Source of the DNA: Vulcanimicrobiota bacterium
GTDB lineage: Bacteria; Vulcanimicrobiota; Xenobia; Xenobiales; JADMJV01
Direction: 5' to 3'
NCBI GenBank assembly: GCA_050250895.1
Contig: JBFWNU010000004.1
Span: forward strand, 238,934 to 302,933
DNA length: 64,000 nt
The position numbers and the translations under genes are program-made. This document shows, piece by piece, positions 49,971-59,130 of this stretch. A model generated the notes under the pieces. It ran no database searches. It was not told the DNA's origin and saw nothing but the letters and a program-made list of their open reading frames with translations. Each line of letters opens with the position of its first letter. Within the stretch, counting starts at the first letter, position 1.

Positions 49971-51014
49971 CCTGAGCAGCCCCCGAAGAGCCGATGACCT
50001 CGGCCACCTCGTCGGGGTCAAAGCCCAGAATGGGCAAGTTGCTACCGGTGGCCAGCAGCTCCTGGCGCGAACGGTTTTGGTAGAACTCGTGGCTGACCAC
50101 GGCCAGACGCGGTTTCAAGGCCGGCAGACCGGTGCTCTCGAGTCGACGGTTGACCGAGTCGAGATAGGCCTTGATGGTCAAAGCGGTGGGAGCGGCCTGA
50201 GTCAGGCCCGCCGCGAAGTGAGCGGCGGGAACTTCGTTGCCGCGGGCATCGAGCCTGCCTTCGGCGCGCTCGACCACCTCCCTGAGATCGGTCACCAACC
50301 GGGCCAGAAAGGCTTTGAACTCGTCGCCGCTGGTGGCGGCCTGCAGTCCACCCAGGCCGCCCACCTCGATCAGCACCCAGGCTGGAGTGGCCACCCGGCG
50401 GAGCTTGCGACGAGGACGTGGTCGCGGCTCGGCCACCGCTTCGGGAGCGGGCGGTGCCTCGGGCCGTTCGACCCCGAGCAGAACCAGCGCGGCCAGCAAC
50501 CCCCCCAGGTGGACCGCCCACAGTGACGGTTGATAGAGGCAAAGGATGACCAGACAGAGTCCCGCCGAGACCAGCACACCGACGCGATAGAGGCGTAACC
50601 CGGCATAGCCCAACCAGACGGCCAGTAGAGTCGTGGCCAGCCAGCCCGGCAACGGATGAGGCAAGCCGTAAAGGACGGCGCCCAGCATCATGGGTTCTCC
50701 AACCGCCAGCGTCAGCTCGACCGGTTGGGTTCGCCTGGGAACCGTGCGACTGACGGCATAAGCATAGATGGCGAACAGAAAAGCCAGCAAAGTGACGGTG
50801 CAAGAAACGAAGCCGGCCTCGAAGCGATGACCGCGGATCCAATCGCCGAGATTGGCCGAGAAAACAGCGGCCACCACCCCGCCCACAGCGGCGTAGTAGC
50901 GTGGTTCCACCTGGCGTGGGGCTAGGCCAGCACCCACCACAGCAGGCCCAAAAGAGCGACCACATAGAAGACCTGAAAGATCTTGAGGTCGGTCTCTAGC
51001 TCGGGACGATCCAT
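49933..51014 (-). CDS. Multi-TM membrane protein with a degenerate cyclase-like C-terminal domain; apparent frameshift near 50940
   Basis: The ATG at 51014 reads MDRPELETDLKIFQVFYVVALLGLL and then needs a 1-nt shift to join the 49933-50940 frame. Confidence 0.55.
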
Positions 51015-51123
51015 TCTTTGAATCTACCTCAACTTCTGACTCGTGTCTACGAGACTACCATGTCCGACTGAAAGCGACCTGAAACAGAGAGGTTCCCTGC
51101 TTCACCGGCGGGAAACAGTAGCG

Positions 51124-54100
51124 ATGCTTCGTAAAGTGACCTTGACTGCGGTCTTCTTGCTCTTGATTTCGGCGGGTGCCTGGGCTCAGACCGAGGCTCA
51201 GCTGCAATCGTTTCTGGCCCGCATCAGCTCGATCGAGAACCTGGACCAGGGGGTGGCGGTGGCCGCCAGCGACCCCGAGACGGCTCAGGCGGTCTATCAA
51301 TACTGCCGTGAAACCATCGGGGCAGGCGGGGCCGACGAGCAGCAGGCCCAGGGCATGGTCTTCGTCATGAACATCATCGCGCGAGCCATGGCCGGGCTGG
51401 GCGATATGTCGTATGTTCAGGACCTTCAGGCCAACAACGTCTGGGTAGACGACCAGATGTGGGCGTCGCTGGGTGGCAGCCTTAACAGCAGTCAGGCGGC
51501 CCCGGTCGAACAACCCTCTGGAGACTTCGCCGACTACGACCGCTATCAATATCTGATTCGCATCGCCGCCAGCCTGGGCAACTTCAGTCGCTGTCTGGCC
51601 TATTTTCGCGAAGCTCTAGACAAACTTCCGGCCGTGGCCGCCGCCAGCGATTCGGGAATCGTGCTCGAATTTCTCGAACTGGCCGTCTATGCCGAACTCG
51701 GGCTCCACTCGACGGTGCTCGAGAAGGGGCCCGCCGTCCTGGCCAAGGTTCCAAGCTTGACCCTGGTCGAGGCCGACGACCGGGCCAGCATGCAGATCAT
51801 CGGCAAACTGATGCTGGCCAACGCCGAACTTTCGGGCGGCCAGGTCAAGCCGGCGCTGGCCTATCTCGACGACGCCGACAAACTGGTGTCAGGACTGGAA
51901 GGCAACGACCGCAAGGTGGCCCGCTTCACCCTCGAGACCGCTCGCTTTGCCCTCAAGCTCGAGCGTGACCCCGATATGCCCGTCCAGAGCGTATTGGCCG
52001 AAAAAGACCGGGTCTGGGCTCTGCTCGACGGCATCCCGGCCAAAGACGAAAGCATGAGCAATATGGTCGGTCCCGGGGCTCTGTGGCTGCAGCTACTCTG
52101 CTTCCGGGGCGCCCGGGCCCTGCCCGACGAGGCCCAGACACTCGGCGACGCCGCCGCCGCCCTGGGTCCTCGCATCACGGCCGTGATCGACCCCTCAGAA
52201 ATGGCCGAGCCTCAGGCCGATAACCCCCAATCGCTCTGGACCTTCGCTGTGGGGGCGGCCGAATTCGGTGACAAGAGCAACACGGTCGCCTCGACCTTCT
52301 TGGAGATCACCAAGATCTGTCGTGAGGCTCGCAAATATGATGCGGCTGCCAGTTGGCTCACCTATATGGAAGAGTTCGTCCCCATGCTCGACTACCCGGG
52401 CCAGATGGTCGACACGGCTCTGGCCCCTCTGGGTATTAGCGACAAGGAGCTAACCTCTCACGGTGGCGCTCAGCAGGTCCAGGGAAGATTCTACGAAGAA
52501 CAGGCCCGGCTCGAACTGGCCAAACTCGGCGCGGATCCCACGCCGGCCCAGGCCGGCCCGATCAAAGCCAAGCTCGAGAAAGCGGTGACCTTCTATCATC
52601 AAGCCGAGCGCCCGGGGGCGATGCTCAAACTGTATCCTCAGATCCTGTGGTTGAGCTATCTGATGGGTGAGGGGGATCCCGTGCCCAAGCTCAATGAACA
52701 CTACGACACGGTCAAGTCCTTTGGTGACCGCGAGCTCGAAATGGAGTATCTGGTGGTTCGCGGCAAGGTGCTGGCCGCCAAAGGAGACAAACAGGGTGCC
52801 ATCCGCGACTTCCAGGCGGCCACCGACCGGCTCGAGGAATTGATTACCAATCTCAACCCCACCGCCGCCGGGGCCAACCGTCTTCGGGAAGAGCGCTCCG
52901 ACGTCTATGACTACCTGGCCCGGCTGCAAATCGAGCAGGGCAACCCGCAACAGGCTCTCTTGACCATCGACGCCGCCCAGCAATTGCAGACCGTAGCCAA
53001 CTTTGCCAGCCGCGTGCGAGGCAAAGACGCGGCCACCGAAAAGACCTTGACTGAAGCTCGCGAAGCTCAGACCCGGTCCAAGTCGCTACAGATGGAACTG
53101 CAGACGATGCAGGCCCTACCGGCCGCTGAGCAACGCCCCGAACAGATCGCCCGCACCCAGCGACTGCTGGCCGATTCCAAAGCCACCTTCCTTCAGAAAG
53201 TGCGCGAACTGCGCACCGCCAACCCCGAGTATAGCCGGGTGCTGAGTGTCAACCCCATCGAATTCGGACGCCTGCAGAAATCCATCCCACCTCAGATGGC
53301 GGTGGTCCAATATTTTCCGACCGACAAGCGGCTCTACATCTTCGTCGTCACCGCCGAGGCTTTTCGCCTGCGCGAAGTCAACATCGGCGGACAAGAGATC
53401 ACCGAATTGGTCAAGAGCTTCCGCCGGCAGACGGCGGCCAAAGACAGCAAAGCCGGCTTCAGTTGGTCCTCGCCCGAGGCCGCCCCGCTGATAGCCACTC
53501 TCACTCAACTGCATAGCGCGCTGATCGATCCCATCGAGCAAGACCTGGCCACCTCCGAGGTGGTCGGGTTCATCCCCAGCGGCGAGCTGCACTATATGCC
53601 GCTGCAAGCCCTGGCCCGCAAGAAAGCCGATGGTAGCCCCGAGTTTCTTATCGAGCGCAAGCAGGTCGTCAGCCTGAGCAAAGCCACCGACCTGGTTTCG
53701 ATGGCCAGCCGGGCCAAGGTGACCAACCCGCAACTGGTGGCCTTTGGCAATCCCGACGGCACTCTACCCGGAGCCGGAGAGGAGTCGCGCGAGATTGCGG
53801 CGCTGTTCGGCAGCAAAGCTATCTTCACCGAAGCCAAAGCCACCGAAAAGCAACTGATCGCCTCGACCCCCGGAGCAGCCTATCTGCATCTGGCCACCCA
53901 CGGCAACCTCTCGAACCGCGACCCCAACAGTAGCTACCTGGTGATGGCCGGCGACGAAAAGCTGACTCCTCCAGACATCTTCGGCTTGCCTCTGGAAAAT
54001 ACCCGACTGGTGACCCTCTCGGCTTGCGAAACCGCCCTGGGCGGCCCCAACCCCGGCGCCGACATCACCAGCCTGGCGGAAGCCTTCTGGGCAGCCGGCC

Positions 54101-54300
54101 CGCCCACCGTAGTAGCCAGCCTGTGGCGGGTCTCCGACGACTCGACTCGCGAGCTGATGCTAGAGGCCTATACCCGTCTCAAGAAGGGCGAAAGCCCGGC
54201 CGCAGCCTTCCAGGCAGCCCAGATCAAGCTGCTGCATAGTCCGAAATACGCCCATCCCTTCTACTGGGCCCCGTTCATGGTCTATGGGGACTGGCGCTGA
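51124..54300 (+). CDS. Secreted TPR/helical-repeat CHAT-domain (caspase-like) protease
   Basis: Signal peptide; HLATHG and LSACET catalytic dyad; ASLWRVSD; HPFYWAPF..GD. Confidence 0.9.
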   Translation: MLRKVTLTAVFLLLISAGAWAQTEAQLQSFLARISSIENLDQGVAVAASDPETAQAVYQYCRETIGAGGADEQQAQGMVFVMNIIARAMAGLGDMSYVQDLQANNVWVDDQMWASLGGSLNSSQAAPVEQPSGDFADYDRYQYLIRIAASLGNFSRCLAYFREALDKLPAVAAASDSGIVLEFLELAVYAELGLHSTVLEKGPAVLAKVPSLTLVEADDRASMQIIGKLMLANAELSGGQVKPALAYLDDADKLVSGLEGNDRKVARFTLETARFALKLERDPDMPVQSVLAEKDRVWALLDGIPAKDESMSNMVGPGALWLQLLCFRGARALPDEAQTLGDAAAALGPRITAVIDPSEMAEPQADNPQSLWTFAVGAAEFGDKSNTVASTFLEITKICREARKYDAAASWLTYMEEFVPMLDYPGQMVDTALAPLGISDKELTSHGGAQQVQGRFYEEQARLELAKLGADPTPAQAGPIKAKLEKAVTFYHQAERPGAMLKLYPQILWLSYLMGEGDPVPKLNEHYDTVKSFGDRELEMEYLVVRGKVLAAKGDKQGAIRDFQAATDRLEELITNLNPTAAGANRLREERSDVYDYLARLQIEQGNPQQALLTIDAAQQLQTVANFASRVRGKDAATEKTLTEAREAQTRSKSLQMELQTMQALPAAEQRPEQIARTQRLLADSKATFLQKVRELRTANPEYSRVLSVNPIEFGRLQKSIPPQMAVVQYFPTDKRLYIFVVTAEAFRLREVNIGGQEITELVKSFRRQTAAKDSKAGFSWSSPEAAPLIATLTQLHSALIDPIEQDLATSEVVGFIPSGELHYMPLQALARKKADGSPEFLIERKQVVSLSKATDLVSMASRAKVTNPQLVAFGNPDGTLPGAGEESREIAALFGSKAIFTEAKATEKQLIASTPGAAYLHLATHGNLSNRDPNSSYLVMAGDEKLTPPDIFGLPLENTRLVTLSACETALGGPNPGADITSLAEAFWAAGPPTVVASLWRVSDDSTRELMLEAYTRLKKGESPAAAFQAAQIKLLHSPKYAHPFYWAPFMVYGDWR

Positions 54301-54342
54301 AATTCAGGGCGTTTTCATGCCCAATGACCATACTGGGTGGGC

Positions 54343-55377
54343 ATGGTCATCGGGCAGAACGTCGCTCCCCAGCCAGTGCGCCCCAAGCGCACCGTCGGTT
54401 CGATTTGTCGCGAGGTGTTCGAGCGCACCGGTGGAGTCATCGGCGCGGCCGGCCAGGTAGCCGGCAGCCTCTTGCCGTCGACCATCGTGGGAGCGACCGA
54501 AGGCCTGCGCCGGGCCAAGCACCCGGACCAACCCGCCGACCCTAAGAAAATCGCCCTCTGGGTTACCGCCGGCACAGCCGCCCAGGCCTTACTACCCACC
54601 GCCGCCCTCGGCTATTGGGCGGCCGGCTGGAAGGGCGCCGCGGTGGCGCTCGGTGGTCAGGGTGCGGGAGCGGCTACCGGTGTGATCATGTTCGCCCGAG
54701 GCGGTTCGGCCGACCTGGTCGGCAAGGGAATGGCCAACGACCTCAATGCCGCCCTCGAAGGCGAGACCAACCCCGGCAAAGCGACGCTCAAAGGCCTCAA
54801 GACCGGCTTGCTCAGCGGCGCGGTCCTCAACGCCAAAGCCGGCTATCGCGAAGGGACCGGGGCCTTTTCGGGATTTATCGAAGGGGTTCGCACTGTTCCC
54901 GAGTCTTTTCGCGGGGCCGGCTCGGTCAAGCTGACCGGCTCGGGCCTGGCCAAATCGGCTCAAGTCGTGGCCGGGGCTGTTACCGCCGGACTGGCGGTGC
55001 CGGCCGGGATTGTGCACGGCATCGTCGAGGGGCTGGGCGGCTCCGAGAGCTATGGACTGACCCGCCAGGTGGCCTATACCGCCGGGGGCCTGGCCGTGAC
55101 CCTGGCCAGCTGGCCGCTGGCCTTCGGGGCCCTGACCCCCGCCCTCATCGCCGCTGGCGCCGGTGGGGCCGTGGGAGCCGTTTCGGCCCTGGTAGCCGGC
55201 CGCGACTCGATGGAAAAAGTCCCGGCGGCCGTCAAGCACGCCCAGCGTGACAACAAAGTCTTCGACGATCCCATCAGCGATCGCCGCCAGAAGATGTTCG
55301 AAGGCGCCTTCGCCGGAGCGGCCGTGGCCGCCGGAGTCGGTTGGCGCAAAGGCGCCAAGCTGCTCGGTGCGACCTAG
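54343..55377 (+). CDS. Glycine-zipper-rich membrane protein
   Basis: Multiple GxxxG hydrophobic segments with an apparent two-fold internal repeat. Confidence 0.7.
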   Translation: MVIGQNVAPQPVRPKRTVGSICREVFERTGGVIGAAGQVAGSLLPSTIVGATEGLRRAKHPDQPADPKKIALWVTAGTAAQALLPTAALGYWAAGWKGAAVALGGQGAGAATGVIMFARGGSADLVGKGMANDLNAALEGETNPGKATLKGLKTGLLSGAVLNAKAGYREGTGAFSGFIEGVRTVPESFRGAGSVKLTGSGLAKSAQVVAGAVTAGLAVPAGIVHGIVEGLGGSESYGLTRQVAYTAGGLAVTLASWPLAFGALTPALIAAGAGGAVGAVSALVAGRDSMEKVPAAVKHAQRDNKVFDDPISDRRQKMFEGAFAGAAVAAGVGWRKGAKLLGAT

Positions 55378-55455
55378 GCAGCCCGGCTTCGCTTGCCACC
55401 AAGAAGAGAGCGACGGCCGAGCCGTCGCTCTCTGCGATCGTCGACCCGGTCGCGG

Positions 55456-56457
55456 CTAGCCAGCCTGGAGGACCTTCTGGGCCTCGGCCGTCTTCTCGGC
55501 TTTGATGCGAGCGTAGTTGCCTTTCCACTCTTCGTGATAGGCGGCTCGCTCATCGGCCCACTGCTTGAGGTACTGCTGCTCACCGATCTCGCCCAGGGCG
55601 AAAGCTCGCGTGCTGGGATACTCCTTCCAGGCGATAGGCTCCCAGGAGTCGGTCGTGCCGCCGATAGCCTGGCGAACGTTCGGCCCCACCGCCTCGCCGA
55701 GCTTGTAGATACCCGCCTCGACGCCGCGCCAGTAGTGGGTCTTCTGCATCCAGCCGTTGTGCATGCCATTGAGCAAACAGTAGTCGTCGTCAGGATGCTT
55801 GTGGTGCTGGAAGTGCGGCTCGGGCTTGACGGCGATACCCGCCTTCTGCAAAAGCTGGATGGCGACCGGCGGATTCTTCTGGTGGGCGTAGCGATGGAAC
55901 GCCTGGGCCAGGAAGCCTCCACTGAGGGCTCCCAAACTAAAGGCCGCAGCAGCCGGGTGCATGGCGCCGGTGAAGGCAGCCAGGCCCACCAGCGGCGCGG
56001 CCAGGAACTTGCCGACATGCTGGGTGTTGTGCCAGATGTCCGACTCGCTCATGTCGTGGGGCCAATCGTGATGGGTCTGGAAGATAGCGGCCGTCTCGTT
56101 GAGGAAGCCGTCGCCGGTCTTGGCGGGATAGTTGTCGAAAAAGTGGTGAACGTGCCCGCCCAGCCAGTCGGCGGCCGTATAACCGGCTGCCAGTCCGGCC
56201 ACCGTGCCCAGGGCAAGGCCGACATTACCGGTGCTGGCCACATCATAGGCGATGCGCCCGGCGGCCACGGCCATCGCGCCCAGGCAGATCGCTCCGATGG
56301 CAACGTGCGAGGGCTTGGGGGCCGGACGAAGGATGGTGGCTACATCCTCCATGCTCATCTTGACGCCGTCGACCTGGGTGACATCGGGCTCGTCGGTCTT
56401 GGGGGCCACGGCTCTGGCCACGAAGGGGATGGTATTCTTCACGGGGCAAACCTGCAT
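55456..56457 (-). CDS. CarF/TMEM189 (PEDS1/FAD4)-family lipid desaturase
   Basis: ADWLGGHVHHFFDNY, FQTHH, FHRYAH, LQKAGI, HFQHH, YCLLNG His-box pattern. Confidence 0.85.
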   Translation of the reverse strand: MQVCPVKNTIPFVARAVAPKTDEPDVTQVDGVKMSMEDVATILRPAPKPSHVAIGAICLGAMAVAAGRIAYDVASTGNVGLALGTVAGLAAGYTAADWLGGHVHHFFDNYPAKTGDGFLNETAAIFQTHHDWPHDMSESDIWHNTQHVGKFLAAPLVGLAAFTGAMHPAAAAFSLGALSGGFLAQAFHRYAHQKNPPVAIQLLQKAGIAVKPEPHFQHHKHPDDDYCLLNGMHNGWMQKTHYWRGVEAGIYKLGEAVGPNVRQAIGGTTDSWEPIAWKEYPSTRAFALGEIGEQQYLKQWADERAAYHEEWKGNYARIKAEKTAEAQKVLQAG

Positions 56458-56727
56458 CTTTGCTCCACCTCAATCTTCAAGTTGGGGTGAGATGCAGTCT
56501 GGCGTAGTGGACAGTCTGAAGATAGCGGGCCGCCCTGAAAGTAGCCTTACAGAATCACGGGTTAGGATGATATCCCCTGAGCAGCTCGGACAGCATCTCG
56601 GTGCGACGGTTGTAATAATCGGTGTGCATGTGGACCACTTTGAACTCTTTGCCGAAGCGACGCCAGACGATGGTCACTCGCTGCTCGGGTGCCGGGAGTC
56701 GAGCCCGGCCGCCTCGAAGTGGAGCGG

Positions 56728-57153
56728 ATGAGAAGCTTGATCCTGGTGCTCTTTCTGCTGGCGATCCCAGCCTGGTGCGACGGCCTGGCCGGCCACTGGT
56801 CCCTGGTCGAGGTCGAGACGGACGGGCAGAAGAACCGCGACCCACGATGGGAGTTCGAGCTCTGGCTGGAAAGCGACGGCCAGGCCAAACTTTGGTCGCG
56901 GCAGACCACCGAAATTCGCACCACGTCCGGGGTCAAATCGCGAATGGACGAGGTCGAACTGGAGGGGAAGTATCGGGTGGAAGGCAAGCAACTGGTCTTT
57001 TTTTGGAAGAACAAGTCCGAAGCGCAAGCCCTGCTCGAGGCCAACTTCGGCCCACTGCGCGCCGATGGCAGCCGACAGGTCAACTTCGACCTGGCCAAAC
57101 AGTTGGCCTTGTCCGGACCCCGCATTCTGCGTTTCGCCAGGGCGACCCCCTAG
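56728..57153 (+). CDS. Secreted lipocalin-like hypothetical protein
   Basis: Signal peptide followed by LAGHWSLV (GxW). Confidence 0.6.
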   Translation: MRSLILVLFLLAIPAWCDGLAGHWSLVEVETDGQKNRDPRWEFELWLESDGQAKLWSRQTTEIRTTSGVKSRMDEVELEGKYRVEGKQLVFFWKNKSEAQALLEANFGPLRADGSRQVNFDLAKQLALSGPRILRFARATP

Positions 57154-57274
57154 CCGAGGACACCGAAGCTAGCGCTCTCCCTGGCCGGTCCGTTGGCTTG
57201 CAAAAAGTGAAAATCTGTATGACAAAGCTTCAAATAGTAAAGGAGAACGCGGCCCAAGTCATAAACCTGTCGAA

Positions 57275-57988
57275 ATGTTCTCCCACAAGCTTCGTTCGGA
57301 TGCTGTTGCAACCTCGCTAGAGGGCGAAACCCTCATCTATCTCGGCCGAGAGAAGAAGGTCCACCTGTTGGGCGCCACCGTCGGTCGGCTCCTCCCCCAC
57401 TGCGGCTCGAACCTGACCATCGACCAGGTGGCTCGGCTCGAGGAATTGGCTCCCGAGGTGGTCGAGGCAGGGCTGGCCCAAATCGAAGCCGCCGGACTGC
57501 TCGAGGGTGCCGACCCCGAACGTCGCAAGCTGCTCAAGCAATTGACCGCCGCGGCCATTTTGCCGGCGGTGATGTCGGTGGCGGTGCCGCGCCCGGCCCT
57601 GGCCGGCTCGACGGCCATCGATGACGACTCGGGAGTGGGCTGTGAAGACCAGGGCATTCCGGGCTTTCCCCCGGCCGGCTGCCAGCCTTGCTGCGACTCG
57701 CAGAGCAGCTGCTGTAGTGGCGGCGTGGCAGTCGCCTGTCCCACCGTCGGCAACTGCTTTTGCGCCACCCGCATCCGATGTGCCGGCAGCAACTGCTGCG
57801 CTGGCTCGTGCGCAGGCGATGCCCCGGAGGCTTCTCCGACTGAGGGCTTCACCTTCTTTTGCAACGACTTCCCCAACTCGGCCTGCTGCGGGGGCGGCGC
57901 TCACTGCCAGCGGGATTGCGGGCTGGCTCGCCAGGCCGCCTGCGGAGCAGGTCTGTCGGTCTATCACTGCTGCGAGAGCTGCAGCTAA
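57275..57988 (+). CDS. PqqD/RRE domain fused to a twin-Arg-like segment and a Cys-rich peptide
   Basis: GETLIY....VHLL......C..T.....L.......V...L..I..AGLL; RRKLL...LPAVMSVAVPRPALAGS; 22 Cys in the C-terminal ~115 aa. Confidence 0.8.
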   Translation: MFSHKLRSDAVATSLEGETLIYLGREKKVHLLGATVGRLLPHCGSNLTIDQVARLEELAPEVVEAGLAQIEAAGLLEGADPERRKLLKQLTAAAILPAVMSVAVPRPALAGSTAIDDDSGVGCEDQGIPGFPPAGCQPCCDSQSSCCSGGVAVACPTVGNCFCATRIRCAGSNCCAGSCAGDAPEASPTEGFTFFCNDFPNSACCGGGAHCQRDCGLARQAACGAGLSVYHCCESCS

Positions 57989-59085
57989 TCTCCCACCGGC
58001 ACGTAGACGCCGTCGACCACCAGATAGCCGTCTTCTTCGCGCAACTCGGGTAGGGCTCGCGCCGCGGCATCTTCGAACTGCCGCTCGAGGCTGACCTGGT
58101 GGTCGAGGGCCAGCAACTGACCCTCGGCCTGCACATAGACCCGGCCGTCGGCGGCCTGGGCAGGAGCCACCGGGCCTGCCCCGGTCCACTGCCAGTCGAG
58201 GCGACCGCTGGCCCGATCCAACGCCGTGACACCCGAGGCACCGCCCGTGACCAGGGCCGGGCCCAAGCTCGGCTCGGTGCGGCCGGCCGTCGCCTTCCAG
58301 GTCTCGTCGCCACTGGCCGGGGCCAGGCTGTGGACGGTGTCGTCCGCGCCAGCCACATACAGTTGCTCGGCCGCCGTCAGGCGAGGCGAGGCGGCCACCT
58401 GGCGTTTCCATAGAGAGTTGCCGGCCGGGTCACAGGCCTCGACCTGACCGGCGTGATAGCCGAGATAGACGCGCGCGCCATCGCTATCGACCGAATCGAG
58501 CATGGGAAAGCGGTTGATGGTCAGGGTGGGGCGATCGACCTTCCACACCTGGGCGCCGGTGGTGGGGTCAAGCGCCTGGGCGCCCACCCAGTTGGGGCGC
58601 GTCAGGCCGTCCCAGAGCAAGAGATTGCCGTCCTTGCCCAACCGTGGCCCCCGCAAGTTGGGGTCGACCGAAATGGTCCAGGCCGGCTTACCCTCGACCA
58701 ACACCGTCAACCGGTCGCGACTACGCACGGCCACCGCCTGGTCGGAGGCCCGGGTGAGCATTCGAGCCTCGGAAACCTCGGCCTGCCAGAGCCTGCGGCC
58801 GGTGAGGGGGTCCAGGGCCTCGACCGAATCGGGGCCGGCCACCACCAGGCAGTGTGGATTGAGCGCTACGGGCTCGGCCGTCAACTGGCGCGTCTGAGTG
58901 TAGAGGGGCTGACCGGCGGTGGAAAAGACCGACAGGCCGTCGGGGCCGCGCACGACCACGGCCTGGCCGGCGACCACCGGACGGCTGCTAGGAGCGGCCT
59001 CGACGGGCTGGCTCCAGTCAGGTTGAACCTGGCGGTGGCGGTCTTCGAGCACGATCGCCGACACCGGGCGTGGAGAGATGAGCAC
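57985..59085 (-). CDS. PQQ-like beta-propeller repeat protein
   Basis: Repeats ALDPLTGRRLW, ALDPTTGAQVW, ALDRASGRLDW. Confidence 0.82.
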   Translation of the reverse strand: MLISPRPVSAIVLEDRHRQVQPDWSQPVEAAPSSRPVVAGQAVVVRGPDGLSVFSTAGQPLYTQTRQLTAEPVALNPHCLVVAGPDSVEALDPLTGRRLWQAEVSEARMLTRASDQAVAVRSRDRLTVLVEGKPAWTISVDPNLRGPRLGKDGNLLLWDGLTRPNWVGAQALDPTTGAQVWKVDRPTLTINRFPMLDSVDSDGARVYLGYHAGQVEACDPAGNSLWKRQVAASPRLTAAEQLYVAGADDTVHSLAPASGDETWKATAGRTEPSLGPALVTGGASGVTALDRASGRLDWQWTGAGPVAPAQAADGRVYVQAEGQLLALDHQVSLERQFEDAAARALPELREEDGYLVVDGVYVPVGD

Positions 59086-59130
59086 GAAATCACTCTGGCA
59101 CGGGCGGGGGTCGGGTGTGTGAACCGGGTG

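Noticed and set aside
56555-56677. Short minus-strand ORF resembling an NTF2/SnoaL C-terminus (TIVWRRFGKEFKVVHMH)
   Set aside because: Only 40 codons with weak similarity; at best a remnant.
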